The translations under genes were made by a program, and so were the position numbers. A stretch of 64,000 bases of DNA from an uncultured cyanobacterium (GTDB taxonomy: Bacteria > Cyanobacteriota > Cyanobacteriia > Cyanobacteriales > Nostocaceae): assembly GCA_963740315.1 (NCBI GenBank), contig CAVUDP010000002.1, forward strand, positions 128,001-192,000, read 5' to 3'. This document shows, one piece after another, positions 37,985-49,115 of this stretch. Every line of letters begins with the position of its first letter. Position 1 is the stretch's first letter. The notes under the pieces are model-generated. The model was not told the origin of the DNA. It saw nothing but the letters and a program-made list of their open reading frames with translations, and did no database searches.

Positions 37985-38560
37985 ATGGACGCAACTCAAA
38001 ATAATTCTAAGTGGCAATTACTATATACACTCAAAAACGCTTTACTTTTAAATGAGCAACTTTATGACGACGCTTGTAATACACCTTACAATAATCAATT
38101 AGCTTTAACTATCGTAATTTTAGCTGGCGTTTCTCATGCTTTGGGAAGTCTTTTTATTTTATTAATAAATAGAGCGGCGATTTATTTACTATTGCTAGCA
38201 CTTTTAATTGATGTTCTCTCAATTATTATCGGATACTATTTTTGGAGTTTAACTATTTGGAAAGTTGGACAATGGATAAAGTCAACAGATCCCAAATTTA
38301 ATAAATTATTAAGTCCAATTGGTTTTGCTTATGCACCCCAAGTATTAAACATTTTAACTTTAATTCCCTTATTAGGAAGACCAATAGAATTAATATTAGC
38401 ATTATGGAGTTTATTAGCGGTAATTGTAGCAGTTACTCAAGCCTTAGATATCAAAACTCCTAAAGCAGCCTTTATTTGTGTAATTGCATGGACAGTTATT
38501 CAATTTGCCGTGGGTTCTATTCAAGTTTTAGAACAGAAGGTGGTGCAATTTACTAATTAA
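37985..38560 (+). CDS. YIP1-like membrane protein
   Basis: About five hydrophobic segments with PIGFAYAPQVL; ATG at 37985. Confidence 0.65.
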   Translation: MDATQNNSKWQLLYTLKNALLLNEQLYDDACNTPYNNQLALTIVILAGVSHALGSLFILLINRAAIYLLLLALLIDVLSIIIGYYFWSLTIWKVGQWIKSTDPKFNKLLSPIGFAYAPQVLNILTLIPLLGRPIELILALWSLLAVIVAVTQALDIKTPKAAFICVIAWTVIQFAVGSIQVLEQKVVQFTN

Positions 38561-38695
38561 AGAATTGGGGATTGGGAATAATGTTTTACTCTTATTGTAA
38601 TGCGGGCATCTTGCCCGCTATTAAAAATTCAAACTAATATTATTAATTAAAACCAAGATTAAATTTTAATGTGAGTACGATGAAACGCAATGGTC

Positions 38696-38757
38696 AGAAG
38701 TCGGGTTTTTATAAAATTGTCAGGTTATTACAGATATCACATAAAAACCCGACTTCT
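38696..38757. terminator. 17-bp inverted repeat between convergent genes (terminator or REP-like)
   Basis: AGAAGTCGGGTTTTTAT ... ATAAAAACCCGACTTCT. Confidence 0.5.
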
Positions 38758-38899
38758 CATCTGGATTTACAAACTTTTGAGGGAAGGAATCGGAATCAAA
38801 GTCTCCCAAATTAGCGGGGGATAATGGTGGAACGAAAACGTTTTGCTACCGACAAGAAAACTTTTAAAACATCCTCTAAAACCAATATTATCAACAAAC

Positions 38900-40662
38900 T
38901 TAAAAACTCCGCGTACCTTTGCGCTTACCTTTGTATTCCTCTGCGTTAGAAAAATATTGATTATTAGTAGATAAACCAACAGCTACATTTAATTTTTCAT
39001 CATCCTTTTTAATCGAGCTTATATCTTTATTTGTAAGCTCCGTGACTACACTTAAAAATAATTCCCCTTCTCCAAGAGAATTGATATAATTAGGATTTAA
39101 ATAACGGCGATAACTTGAATCATTTGTAACATAAGTATTGAACATTGCCAGAGCTAAATACTCTGTATATTCGCGAGCTAAATTAGGAGAAGGACCATCG
39201 CTTGCGATGGTACGGGAATTGTAGAGTCGGGTGATTCGGCAATTGTAGAAAAGTGGGTTCCACCGTTCATTAATACTAAATATTTATTTTCGTTTGTTAA
39301 CCAGGTAAATGGTTGAATTTGTTCTGGATACGCCGGAGCTGCGGTATCGGAAGTACCTGCTACAATCATTAGGGGAATCTTGATTTTGCTTAAACCTTCT
39401 TGCCCGAAAACGCTGCTATCTACTGGATTAATTGCAATTGCTGCTTTGATTCTAGGATCTGATAATTTATAGTCATATTGGGGTAAACGTAAAGCTAAAC
39501 ATTGCAATAATAGTGAAAGATTGAGCGTATTTTCATCAACCGGACAACTCTTTTCTAGCTTTGCAAAATTAATTTCGGCACCTGCTAATGCTAAAGCCGT
39601 GTAACCGCCAAAGGATTGTCCAATTACGCCTACTTGTTCCATGTTGAAGCGTCCCTTATATGCGGAATCGGAATTAGATAAACCTTCGAGATAATCTAAG
39701 ACATATTTTACATCCAAAGGTCGGTCAACAAATTCCCTGGGGTCAGTTATTTCATCCGCAATTCCACCTAATAATGCTTGCAGTTGCTGAGAATTGCTAC
39801 CGGGATGTTCGGGTACCGCAACTATAAAACCGTGAGAAGCCAGATGTTCGGCTAAATAAGCGAAACTGGTGCGATCGGAACCCAATCCGTGAGAAATTAC
39901 AATTACCGGACTCTTATTTGTCGATCGCGGTAAATAAATATCTAAAGGGAAAGTGCGAATCCGGGATAAATCGTTGAGGGTAACGCTTTGCTTTGTATAG
40001 GTAAAACGTCCTCTTTGCAATACATCTGACAAAATATTATTTGATACGGTTTCGCCGGATGCTTCTTTTAAAGATTTTTCGTTAATCAGATTAGCTGCTT
40101 TTTGAGTCCGATTGACAATATTTCTTGCCCGTAATGCAATTTCAAAACTGCGAAATAAATCTATTGAAAGAGTTTCTGAAGGAAATTTACGTAATATATT
40201 TAATAAAGTAAAATTTTCTTTATTTACGGCTGCTAATATTAATGCCGAACGAGTTGCATAAAATCCGCTACTGCGACGCAAGTCATTTCGAGTCATTTGT
40301 ACACTATTGCGATATTCCCGTTGAACTACTTGCGAAAGATTTTCTAATAGTTTCTCACCAATTGGCGAATAAAAAAATTGAGAAACTTCAACAGCTCCTA
40401 AAGGAATACGAGCAAGTAATACTTGTCTTAATTCTTCTCGCCTACTTTGAGGAACATACTTAAGATATGCTGCTAATTCATCATTTACTTGACCTGTTTT
40501 GGCATATTTTTCCAGAGAATCAACGGAAATTGACCTTTCTACTATGCCAAAAGAAAGCTTTAACCTTTGGGCACCGACAGCACGACTCGGAGTTAAAACG
40601 GGTAAAGCGCAAGTAATAATACTGCTCAATACTATATTCAGCCAAATTGATTTTTGATACAT
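38900..40662 (-). pseudogene. DUF1400 + alpha/beta hydrolase, frameshifted near the 3' end
   Basis: ISHGLGS, GQSFGG and GTHFS. The frame breaks at ~39197 and another frame continues GPSPNLAREYTEYLALAMFNTYV into the 38900-39145 ORF. Confidence 0.75.
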
Positions 40663-40666
40663 ACAA

Positions 40667-41299
40667 TTACAACTCAGGATGTAACCAATTAAACAATGCA
40701 AGACTTGTAATTGTACCGATAAAATGGGCGGCAATACCACACATATTTGCCATTGCTACAAAAATATCGAGGGGGCGAATAATCCGCGTGGGATCGTAAA
40801 TTGCCACACCTTGAGGTTGAGCGATGGATTTTGCTAATAAAACACCCAAACCCGAACCTCCTCCCAAGATTGTTAAGAGCAATCCCACTAAACCGACAAT
40901 TACACCGATTCGCAATATTTTCATTACCTCCGCTTTCTTAGGATGTATTTCCGGGTTGGGGTTGCGGAGTCTTCTAGCGAAACGAGTTAAACGGAAAGCT
41001 AAGTAAATACCGATTAATAAACCAATTATTCCGCACGCAGCCCAAAACATACTGATACCCAATCCGGGGGTAGTGGTATCGGTATATTGCGTAGCCGCAC
41101 GCACGCCAGCCCCAGGTACGACAACATCATTATTTATGGCTTGATTAAAGCTACGTCCCGAAATAGCGAATATTAGCATCAACCCACAAGCAGCACCCAA
41201 TCCCAACTGCAACCAAAAACTAACCCAGCCACCAAGACGCAATATATTAGCGATTCGTTCTTGCTTCGGATTTATTGTAGGTGTTGAGGTCGTTTGCAT
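40667..41299 (-). CDS. DUF3611 membrane protein
   Basis: GWVSFWLQL, HPKKAE, KSIAQPQG and IRPLDIFV. Confidence 0.8.
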   Translation of the reverse strand: MQTTSTPTINPKQERIANILRLGGWVSFWLQLGLGAACGLMLIFAISGRSFNQAINNDVVVPGAGVRAATQYTDTTTPGLGISMFWAACGIIGLLIGIYLAFRLTRFARRLRNPNPEIHPKKAEVMKILRIGVIVGLVGLLLTILGGGSGLGVLLAKSIAQPQGVAIYDPTRIIRPLDIFVAMANMCGIAAHFIGTITSLALFNWLHPEL

Positions 41300-41542
41300 A
41301 GTAATTGAAATTTTAGATTTTAGATACTTCGGCAAGTCTTACAGTGAGCTACGTCGAACTGCTCAGCACAAGTTTTAGATTTTAGATTTTAAAAGATTTA
41401 TAGTTGTATTTAATTGCATTTTTAATTAAATAAGTATCACTAAAAATCTTTTTGCTTTCACTATAAGTTTGTTGCAAAAGAATTACGACTCTCTCAAGGA
41501 AGAAAATCAAAGTGCTGCAAGTAATAATTTTGTTAGTTGGGC

Positions 41543-41811
41543 ATGGGGGGAGACGGGAGAGGGGGAGATGGGGAGATGGGGAGATGGGGAGAGGGGGGAG
41601 ATGGGGAGAGGGGGGAGAGGGGGTAGAGGGGGTAGAGGGGGAAGAGGGGGTAGAGGGGTAAGAGGGGGAAGAGGGGGTAGAGGGGAATAAGAATAACAAG
41701 GGAGCAAGATCCGGACACTACAAATAGTTTTTTATAAGTTCTATCCCCTCATCTCCCCATCCCCTCATCTCCCCATCCCCTTGTCTCCCCATCCCCTTGT
41801 CTCCCCATCCC
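41543..41811. repeat. G-rich then C-rich low-complexity repeats (STRR-like)
   Basis: GGGGAGAT and GGGGGTAGA/GGGGGAAGA runs at 41543-41686; complementary ATCTCCCCATCCCC runs at 41745-41811. Confidence 0.9.
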
Positions 41812-41820
41812 TCAATCCTT

Positions 41821-42636
41821 CTAACCCAGTCCTGACCAGGGTTCTAGGAAGTCGGGATAAAGTGTTAATCCACCGTCGATATATAAAGTTTGTCCGGTGA
41901 TGTAAGTTGCTTCATCGGAACATAAAAAAGCTGTTGCCGCAGCCATTTCTTCGGAGGTACCGACTCTACCCATTGGTATATGACTTTCTACGTTAGCTTT
42001 CTTTTCTGGATCGTCAGTCCAAGCATCGTTGATGGGTGTGATAGTTGCACCGGGTGCGATCGCATTTACCCGAATCCCTCTTCTGGCATATTCTAAAGCT
42101 AGGGTGCGAGTTAAATTTTGCATTCCGCCTTTACTAACGGAATAACTTATATACTCAGGTCTGGGTATAATTTGATGAACGCTGGAAACGTTGATAATAA
42201 TTCCACCATTACCCGGATCGAGAAACATTTTAATTGCTTCGCGGGCGCATAAATAAGCACCTTTTAAATTAACGTCGATTACTTTCTCAAATTCTTCAAA
42301 TTTAATTTCGTGGGCTGCTCCTGGTATTTGAATTCCCGCATTATTAATTAAAATATCTAATCCGCCGAATTCTTTTTTTACTTCGGCAAACATTTCCACA
42401 ACATCGGCTTCCTTGGATACATCCCCTTGCACCAATATTTCTTTACCTTCACAACCGCAACGGGCATCGGTACAGGCTTGGGAAATCAATTTTTCGGTAT
42501 TGCCAGCATCTTCAGGGCTTTTTCGATAGTTAATTGCCACATTCGCACCATCAGCGGCAAATCTGACGGCGATCGACTGACCAATTCCGGAAGTTGCACC
42601 CGTAACTAAAACGTTTTTTCCGCTTATTCCTTTCAT
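41821..42636 (-). CDS. Glucose 1-dehydrogenase-like SDR
   Basis: TGATSGIG, NNAG, SSVHQIIP, YSVSK and YITGQTLYIDGG. Confidence 0.85.
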   Translation of the reverse strand: MKGISGKNVLVTGATSGIGQSIAVRFAADGANVAINYRKSPEDAGNTEKLISQACTDARCGCEGKEILVQGDVSKEADVVEMFAEVKKEFGGLDILINNAGIQIPGAAHEIKFEEFEKVIDVNLKGAYLCAREAIKMFLDPGNGGIIINVSSVHQIIPRPEYISYSVSKGGMQNLTRTLALEYARRGIRVNAIAPGATITPINDAWTDDPEKKANVESHIPMGRVGTSEEMAAATAFLCSDEATYITGQTLYIDGGLTLYPDFLEPWSGLG

Positions 42637-42836
42637 TTCAATCCTCTTTATTACCTTGCCAAGATTAATAATGTAATGTCTTGGTTGAGTGTAATATAGT
42701 TAGACCGCATTCCCTTCCACCTGAAGTTGTAAACAAACGTAAAAAGTCAAAAAGATAACTCCATCAATAAATTGAGGAGCTTTTTAACTGTTATTATTGT
42801 AGTAGCTAATACAAACAAGCTTGCCCCATGCCAAAA

Positions 42837-44633
42837 CTACTGAATATTCACTTCCTGTAAATAGGTTCCCATTTGGAAATCATTAATTCTAGTAGTAGTT
42901 TTACTACGAATAAATGAGCCTGTATTTTCTTCTATTGCAGACTTGATTTCCGATGCAGCAGCTTTATCCAATCTAGCGATAAAGCGCTTTTTACCGTTAT
43001 ACTCAGCTAATTTAACTTGAGCTAGAGCGTAAGCGGGCGTACTTTCGGGAATTTTTTCAAGAAATTGAATTGCAGTATCAAACTTACCTAATTCTGCTTG
43101 GTTATAAGCTTGTTGTAAAAGATAAGTTGCACGAATAAGCTGTTTTTGCTCGTATTCTACTAACTTTTGCTGTATTAAATCACCCGCCGAACTTTCTTTA
43201 GGAATTTGACGGAGAAAATGTAAAGCTGTACTAAAGTCTTTTTCTGCGGCTTTTTCGTAAGCTTTTGACAGAAATTCGTCTTTTTGCACTTCAATATAAG
43301 CCCGCGCTTGCTCGATTAATGCATCTGTTTTTGTTTGCCAATAAGAAATATCGGGAACTTGAGCAGTATTAAGAAATACATCTGTCCAGCGACTTTGTTC
43401 AAAAGCAGTTTTCGCGGCTTCGTATTTCTGGGCAGCAAATTGCCATTCCTCTTGCCATTCACCGATTGTAGTTTGAGCCTCTGGATAAACATTGCTATCC
43501 TTTGGAATCGATTTTAAATAAGCGATCGCACCTTGTAAATCGCCAGATTGATATTCCTTGTTTGCTTGGGATAAAGTATTGTTTTCCGAATATGCTGGAG
43601 AATGATTCATAATAGAATAAGCTCCAAATCCGATAATTATAGAATTAGCAGCTAACCCTACCTTCATTCCCGTTAATAAAGGAGATGAATCAGTTTTTTC
43701 GGATACCTTGGAATTTTTTATATAAGAATCATTTTTCGGATAATCCGAGAACACGGTATACTCGGCATCAATAATTTGAGAGCCTGCATCCAAAGGAATT
43801 TTTTTGAGCGCTTGCAGTACATCTGCTGCTGTTTGAAAACGCTCTTGGAAGCTGTAGCGAACCATTTTACCGATCAGTGCAGCAACATAATCGCTAACTG
43901 CGGTATCCCGACTGCGCCACAATACTTCATTATTTGATGGGTGTTTTTTTAATTGTAGCGGCGTTAATCCCGTTAAAGCCTGAATAGCAATCATGCCCAA
44001 AGCATAAATATCGCTATTTATTTGCGTTTTACCAATAAATTGCTCTGGTGGTATGTAACCCAAAGAAGTAACGGGAATTGAATAAATAGGTAATACTTCA
44101 TCTGCGCCAAAATCAACTGGTTGGATGGAACCAAAATCAATTAGTACTAATTTGCCATCTCTAGCACGTCTAATTAAATTTTCTGGTTTAACATCGCAAT
44201 GAATTACACCTTGAGAATGAACGAATTGCAGAATACTTAAAACATCTTTTAAAAACCGTACAACCGCGTTTTCACTCCAAAAATAGTCAGGATTTTTATT
44301 TACTGGTAATTCCGCACTCAGCGAATGCCCTTCAATAAATTCCTGTACCAAATAAAAACGTTCGTTTTCTTCAAAACAAGAAATTAACTGAGGAATTTGC
44401 TTATGGTGTCCCAAATGCTTGAGAGTACGAGTTTCAGTTAGAAAACGCAGCCTCAAATCTTGTAAGTAACTCGGTTGCGAACTTGTAACCTTGAGTTGCT
44501 TAACAACACGCTTGGGATTGTGTGGATGTTCGATATCCACAGATATGTATGTTTGTCCAAATACACCTGCACCTAAGCTTTGAACAATTTGGTAACGCTG
44601 TTGCAGTACCTTTCCAATCATGTAGTTAGTCAT
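42837..44633 (-). CDS. Ser/Thr protein kinase (non-RD) with TM and TPR-like C-terminus
   Basis: LGAGVFGQTY, VVKQL, HCDVKPEN, IDFG and GYIPPEQ. Confidence 0.9.
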   Translation of the reverse strand: MTNYMIGKVLQQRYQIVQSLGAGVFGQTYISVDIEHPHNPKRVVKQLKVTSSQPSYLQDLRLRFLTETRTLKHLGHHKQIPQLISCFEENERFYLVQEFIEGHSLSAELPVNKNPDYFWSENAVVRFLKDVLSILQFVHSQGVIHCDVKPENLIRRARDGKLVLIDFGSIQPVDFGADEVLPIYSIPVTSLGYIPPEQFIGKTQINSDIYALGMIAIQALTGLTPLQLKKHPSNNEVLWRSRDTAVSDYVAALIGKMVRYSFQERFQTAADVLQALKKIPLDAGSQIIDAEYTVFSDYPKNDSYIKNSKVSEKTDSSPLLTGMKVGLAANSIIIGFGAYSIMNHSPAYSENNTLSQANKEYQSGDLQGAIAYLKSIPKDSNVYPEAQTTIGEWQEEWQFAAQKYEAAKTAFEQSRWTDVFLNTAQVPDISYWQTKTDALIEQARAYIEVQKDEFLSKAYEKAAEKDFSTALHFLRQIPKESSAGDLIQQKLVEYEQKQLIRATYLLQQAYNQAELGKFDTAIQFLEKIPESTPAYALAQVKLAEYNGKKRFIARLDKAAASEIKSAIEENTGSFIRSKTTTRINDFQMGTYLQEVNIQ

Positions 44634-45136
44634 GAGTCGGTTACTTAGTCACTCCATTATTTAGGTTTTCGGACAATACGTTCAATTTCCGGAATACCCT
44701 ATGAATAAATAGTTTCAGAGCGCTGTTTGATTAAAATAAAAATGTCACTTCTACTTATTTATACGTATTTTTTTATATTGTCCTTTACCTAAAACCCTTG
44801 CCAGTCACCGAGTACAAAATATCTCCATCACTTCTGAGTATAAGCATTATTTTTTACCGATGCACTATATCCGTAGTAGTATCGTTTATAGGAAGTGTAA
44901 TTACGTACATAGAAAAATCGGGAGTTGTAGAGACGTGATACATCACGTCTCCCGATAATTTCGATAAAAATGGTTTTCTGCCATAGGGTTCGATGTAATT
45001 TTTGCTAAAGCGAGATTTTACGCCGGAAAAAGAATAAACAAATAAGTAATTTAGAATTCAATTACTCAACCCTTAGACTGTTTGATTAAATGAACTCATT
45101 AATTTACGATCGAATTCAATTAATAATTTTCAACAA

Positions 45137-46132
45137 TTGAACGTGAAATACTTTTTAGGAACGATCGCATTAATAGCAGCCCAAATAATTGCTAGCCCCG
45201 CTCAAGCAGCATCCGTAAAAGTTACACCTGTAGGAAGTCACGATGGCGAATTTTGTGCCTTCGATCGCGCTTTGATATTTGAAGATCCAAATGGAACGCG
45301 ACTAGTGTACGACGTAGGCAGAACCGTTGCTGGTGCGAAAGATCCACGACTTGGGAAGATTGATGCAGTATTAATAAGTCATGTTCATGGAGATCATTTA
45401 GGCGATCGCCATATACCTTCTGTCAATGCAGGTGAATGCGGAAAACCGTCGGTAGAAGTTAGCGTAACTCCTCAGTCTAATAGCGTGAATATAGCTGTGG
45501 CAAAAAACGCTAAAATCGTTGTCGGTAGCGAGATGAGCAGTTTTCTGGCGAACAAGGTAGAAGCTAACGGTGGCGATCGCAATTCAGTACAGCTTGTCCG
45601 TTTCGGTGCTTCAGTTGATGTTGGCGGCGTAAAAATTACTACCGTACCAGCAGTTCACTCCAATGGATTGAGTAGTGACTTTATCGAAGGTGAATTGGGA
45701 GAAAACTTAAAAGCTGCTGGTTTGACAGCTTATGTAGGACCGCCCACTGGATACGTGCTGAGATTTACTAACGATTTGGTAGTTTATTTATCGGGAGATA
45801 CTGGCGTTACCGCAGAACAAAGAACCGTAGTACGGAACCAATATGGTGCTGAATTAGTGGTTATCAACATCGGAGATACCTACACCACAGGGCCGCAAGA
45901 AGCAGCTTATGTAGTTAATAAATTAATCAAGCCTAAGTCAGTTATAGCCTCACACGCTAACGAAGCAGCAACGCGATCGTCCAAGGTGATTCCTAATACT
46001 AAAACTGACAAATTTATTCAAGCAACAAATGCACCCGTATACCTTCCTTTAAGTGGAAAAACAATGGAATTTAACGGAGCGGGAAAATGTGTTGCTGGCT
46101 GTCAAGATCGGCAAAATCGCCGTAGATTATAG
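45137..46132 (+). CDS. Exported MBL-fold metallo-hydrolase
   Basis: Signal peptide; SHVHGDH, AVHSNG and SGDTG. Confidence 0.85.
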   Translation: MNVKYFLGTIALIAAQIIASPAQAASVKVTPVGSHDGEFCAFDRALIFEDPNGTRLVYDVGRTVAGAKDPRLGKIDAVLISHVHGDHLGDRHIPSVNAGECGKPSVEVSVTPQSNSVNIAVAKNAKIVVGSEMSSFLANKVEANGGDRNSVQLVRFGASVDVGGVKITTVPAVHSNGLSSDFIEGELGENLKAAGLTAYVGPPTGYVLRFTNDLVVYLSGDTGVTAEQRTVVRNQYGAELVVINIGDTYTTGPQEAAYVVNKLIKPKSVIASHANEAATRSSKVIPNTKTDKFIQATNAPVYLPLSGKTMEFNGAGKCVAGCQDRQNRRRL

Positions 46133-46161
46133 TTAAATTAGTGCTTATAAACTTATTTTTT

Positions 46162-46380
46162 GTAGGGTGTGTTACGGCACTGGAAACATTACGGGTAAAC
46201 GAGATGATATGATTCGCCGTAACGCACCATTTTTAGTTGTTAACAAAAGCGCTTTGTATTTTAAACAGGTATTTTCTTGGTTTGGATTATTTCCTAACCG
46301 AGCGATCGCAACAACTTATTAACTAAGGTAATTCGTTATTTTAAGATGGTGCGTTAAGCTAAAGTTATAACGCACCCTAC
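46162..46380. repeat. Inverted doublet of GTAG-REP family A
   Basis: GTAGGGTGTGTTACGG...CCGTAACGCACC (46162-46228) and GGTGCGTTA...TAACGCACCCTAC (46348-46380). Confidence 0.8.
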
Positions 46381-46386
46381 CATCTC

Positions 46387-47004
46387 ATGACTCAAACATT
46401 AAATAAAAGAATAACATTTGAAGAGTTTATCGAATGGAACCCTGAAAATAAATTATATGAACTGCACAACGGGATAATTGTTGAAGTGGCACAACCAATT
46501 GGTAAACATGAAAATGTTGTTGGATTTTTGACGGAAAAAATCTTAGTTGAATATGTTCGTTTAAAATTACCTTATTTCATTGCTTCAAAAGTATTAGTAA
46601 AACCTGAAGATAAAGAATCTGCTTATTTACCCGATGTGTTGCTACTAAATAAGCAAAATTTAAAGAATGAGCCATTGTACGAGCAAGAATCTACTGTTTC
46701 TCAAAGTGAATCAATACCGTTAGTTGTTGAAGTTGTAAGTACTAACTGGAGTGATGATTATGCTTTAAAATTTGATGAATATGAAACTATAGGCATACCA
46801 GAATATTTAATTGTTGATTACTTAGGGCTAGGTGGTAGAAAATTTATTGGTAATCCCAAACAACCTACTATTACTGTCTGTCAATTAGAGGATGGTGAGT
46901 ACAAAAGCAGTTTATATAAAGATGATGAGGTAGTTCAATTAAAATCATTTCCAGATTTAAAATTGACTGCTAAAGAGATTTTTCAGTCTGCTTATATCGA
47001 TTGA
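46387..47004 (+). CDS. Uma2-family endonuclease
   Basis: YELHNG, YLPDV and PLVVEVVSTNW; paralog of 31513-32136. Confidence 0.9.
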   Translation: MTQTLNKRITFEEFIEWNPENKLYELHNGIIVEVAQPIGKHENVVGFLTEKILVEYVRLKLPYFIASKVLVKPEDKESAYLPDVLLLNKQNLKNEPLYEQESTVSQSESIPLVVEVVSTNWSDDYALKFDEYETIGIPEYLIVDYLGLGGRKFIGNPKQPTITVCQLEDGEYKSSLYKDDEVVQLKSFPDLKLTAKEIFQSAYID

Positions 47005-47088
47005 GCAAATCATTCCTTCCAATTACCTATCCTAATTACAAGCTAGAACAAACCAAATTTAGCTAAGTCTAAAAATGCGAATTACTAA

Positions 47089-47202
47089 TATTCTAAAGAA
47101 CCTAGAACTCCTGGGGAATGGGAAGGTAAAGTAAGGATGTCAGATGATTTTGATGATGAATTACCTCCAGAAATCCTAGCTGGTTTTACTGGGCAAAAAT
47201 AA
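47089..47202 (+). pseudogene. C-terminal remnant of a type II antitoxin (Phd/DUF2281-like tail)
   Basis: Manual translation YSKEPRTPGEWEGKVRMSDDFDDELPPEILAGFTGQK*, preceded by an in-frame stop. Confidence 0.6.
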
Positions 47203-47272
47203 ATATTCGTCGAGGCATAATCTACAATAAGAGTATTGGATTTCCGTCAGTCCATCTAATAGGATGATATGA

Positions 47273-47728
47273 ATGAATTATGCTGACATAGCAGTATACG
47301 GAAAAGATAAGCGTTTACAGCTTTTGGTTGAAGTTAAAAGCAAGCATGGTACATCCAGTAGCTGGGCGGCTCTTATGCGACGTAATATGTATGCTCATGG
47401 ATTATTACCGGAAACGCGCTTTTTTCTATTAGCACTTTCAGATAAATTTTATTTGTGGAAAGATAGTGGTATCTTAATTGAAGCTATAGAGCCATCTTAC
47501 GAAATCAATCCCTTATCTTTTCTAGAGCCGTATTACAGAAAAGCTAATGTTTCACCATCTCACATTGCAGGAGCAAGTTTGGAGCTAATTATAACTTCAT
47601 GGTTAACACAAATTATTACGGTACCATCGATTGATTTGCTTGCTCGCGATTACAAAGATTGGCTAATTGATTCAGGGTTATTTGATGCAATTCAAGGTGG
47701 TTATATAGAATCTTCCATACTGGTGTAA
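47273..47728 (+). CDS. Hypothetical protein, PD-(D/E)XK-like
   Basis: ADIAVY...LLVEVK motif. Confidence 0.65.
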   Translation: MNYADIAVYGKDKRLQLLVEVKSKHGTSSSWAALMRRNMYAHGLLPETRFFLLALSDKFYLWKDSGILIEAIEPSYEINPLSFLEPYYRKANVSPSHIAGASLELIITSWLTQIITVPSIDLLARDYKDWLIDSGLFDAIQGGYIESSILV

Positions 47729-47733
47729 TTTTA

Positions 47734-48339
47734 ATGGATGTTTATGTGGAGTCTAATTTTGTTTTAGAACTTGCATTACTTCAGGAACAACACGAAAGTT
47801 GTCAAGAATTACTCGATTTAGCCGCTTCGAAACAAATACGTTTAATTGTACCTGCCTTCAGTTTAGCAGAACCATATGAAACGCTGATTCGTAACAACAA
47901 GAAACGTCAGAAATTATCTCAGGATTTGAAAAAAGAACTTTCTCAATTGAGCCGTTCGCGACCTTATCAAGAACAAATACGTACCTTTGAAGATACTACT
48001 GCATTTTTGGTAAGCAGCCAAGAAGAGGAAAAACAAAGGCTTCAGCTAGCTATAGAAAATATGTTAAAGGTTTGCGAAATTATTCCTTTAACTGTAGAAA
48101 TACTCACAGCAGCGATCGCATATCAATCAGAATATAATCTCGAACCACAAGATTCTATAGTTTACGCTTCAGTACTTGAGCATATAAGCAAATCGGGTGA
48201 AAGACTACGTTGTTTTCTAAATAGGAACTCTAAGGATTTCGACGATCCAGATATTAAAGAAGCATTAAGTTCATACAACTGTTTAATGTTATTTAGATTT
48301 GATAATGGAATTAGTTATGTGAAAAGTACATTAGAGTAA
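47734..48339 (+). CDS. PIN-domain protein
   Basis: VYVESNFV, SLAEPY, QDSIVYAS and NSKDF acidic motifs. Confidence 0.75.
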   Translation: MDVYVESNFVLELALLQEQHESCQELLDLAASKQIRLIVPAFSLAEPYETLIRNNKKRQKLSQDLKKELSQLSRSRPYQEQIRTFEDTTAFLVSSQEEEKQRLQLAIENMLKVCEIIPLTVEILTAAIAYQSEYNLEPQDSIVYASVLEHISKSGERLRCFLNRNSKDFDDPDIKEALSSYNCLMLFRFDNGISYVKSTLE

Positions 48340-48575
48340 GATAATGTTTTGGAATTTAATCTCGGTTACGGCACCCAAAACATTACGAGTAAACGAGATA
48401 TTTTGATAAGCCGTAACGCACCATTTTCAATTGAGTGCAATATAAAAAATATTAACTAAGAACAGATTGGAAGCCTATCCCATAAGAATTCTATTATTCC
48501 TTGACGATATAAAAATAATTTTAGACACTGAGTATATTGGTTTACAAACTTTTGAATAATAAATACGGAAATCCC

Positions 48576-48974
48576 ATGCTAGCAATTAAGGCAGAAAGAA
48601 TAAAAGAAGACACCATACTGCAAACAAAAGTTGTCAATAAAATAAACAGTGGTAAAAAGCCTGTTTTCAAATTTGATTCAGAAGAAGCTAAGATAGCTTT
48701 TTTAGAGCAATCTTGTAAACTTGCAACACAGGTAGGTGCTACGGCAGGAACAGCTATTGGTGGATTGATTGGTGGAGCTATCGGTGGTCCAATTGGTTTT
48801 GCTATTGGTGGAGCTATTGGTAGTGCCGTTGGTGCTTTCATTGGAGAAAGTATAGGTGTATGGTTGGCAAACTTTCTTTGGGAAAATGTTGTTAACAAAG
48901 GTGCTTTGTTTTTTAAAGAGAAATTTTCTTGGTTTGGATTAGCTCCTAACAGATTGATTGCGAGAACTTGTTAA
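48576..48974 (+). CDS. Hypothetical glycine-zipper protein
   Basis: GATAGTAIGGLIGGAIGGPIGFAIGGAIGSAVGAFIG. Confidence 0.6.
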   Translation: MLAIKAERIKEDTILQTKVVNKINSGKKPVFKFDSEEAKIAFLEQSCKLATQVGATAGTAIGGLIGGAIGGPIGFAIGGAIGSAVGAFIGESIGVWLANFLWENVVNKGALFFKEKFSWFGLAPNRLIARTC

Positions 48975-49115
48975 CTAAATTATGAACCAATAAAATTAAT
49001 TACAATTCATCATTTAAAACGGTGCGTTATAGTCTAAGCTGTAACGCATCTTATTATTTATCATTCTTTACAAAATAATGTTATTAATAATATTAAAAAT
49101 TAATAAAATCATCTC

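Noticed and set aside
41382..41718. Pro-rich and Gly/Arg-rich ORFs
   Set aside because: Translation artefacts of low-complexity repeats.
48542..48898. Minus-strand Pro/Ile-rich ORF
   Set aside because: Shadow of the glycine-zipper gene; all neighbouring genes are on the + strand.
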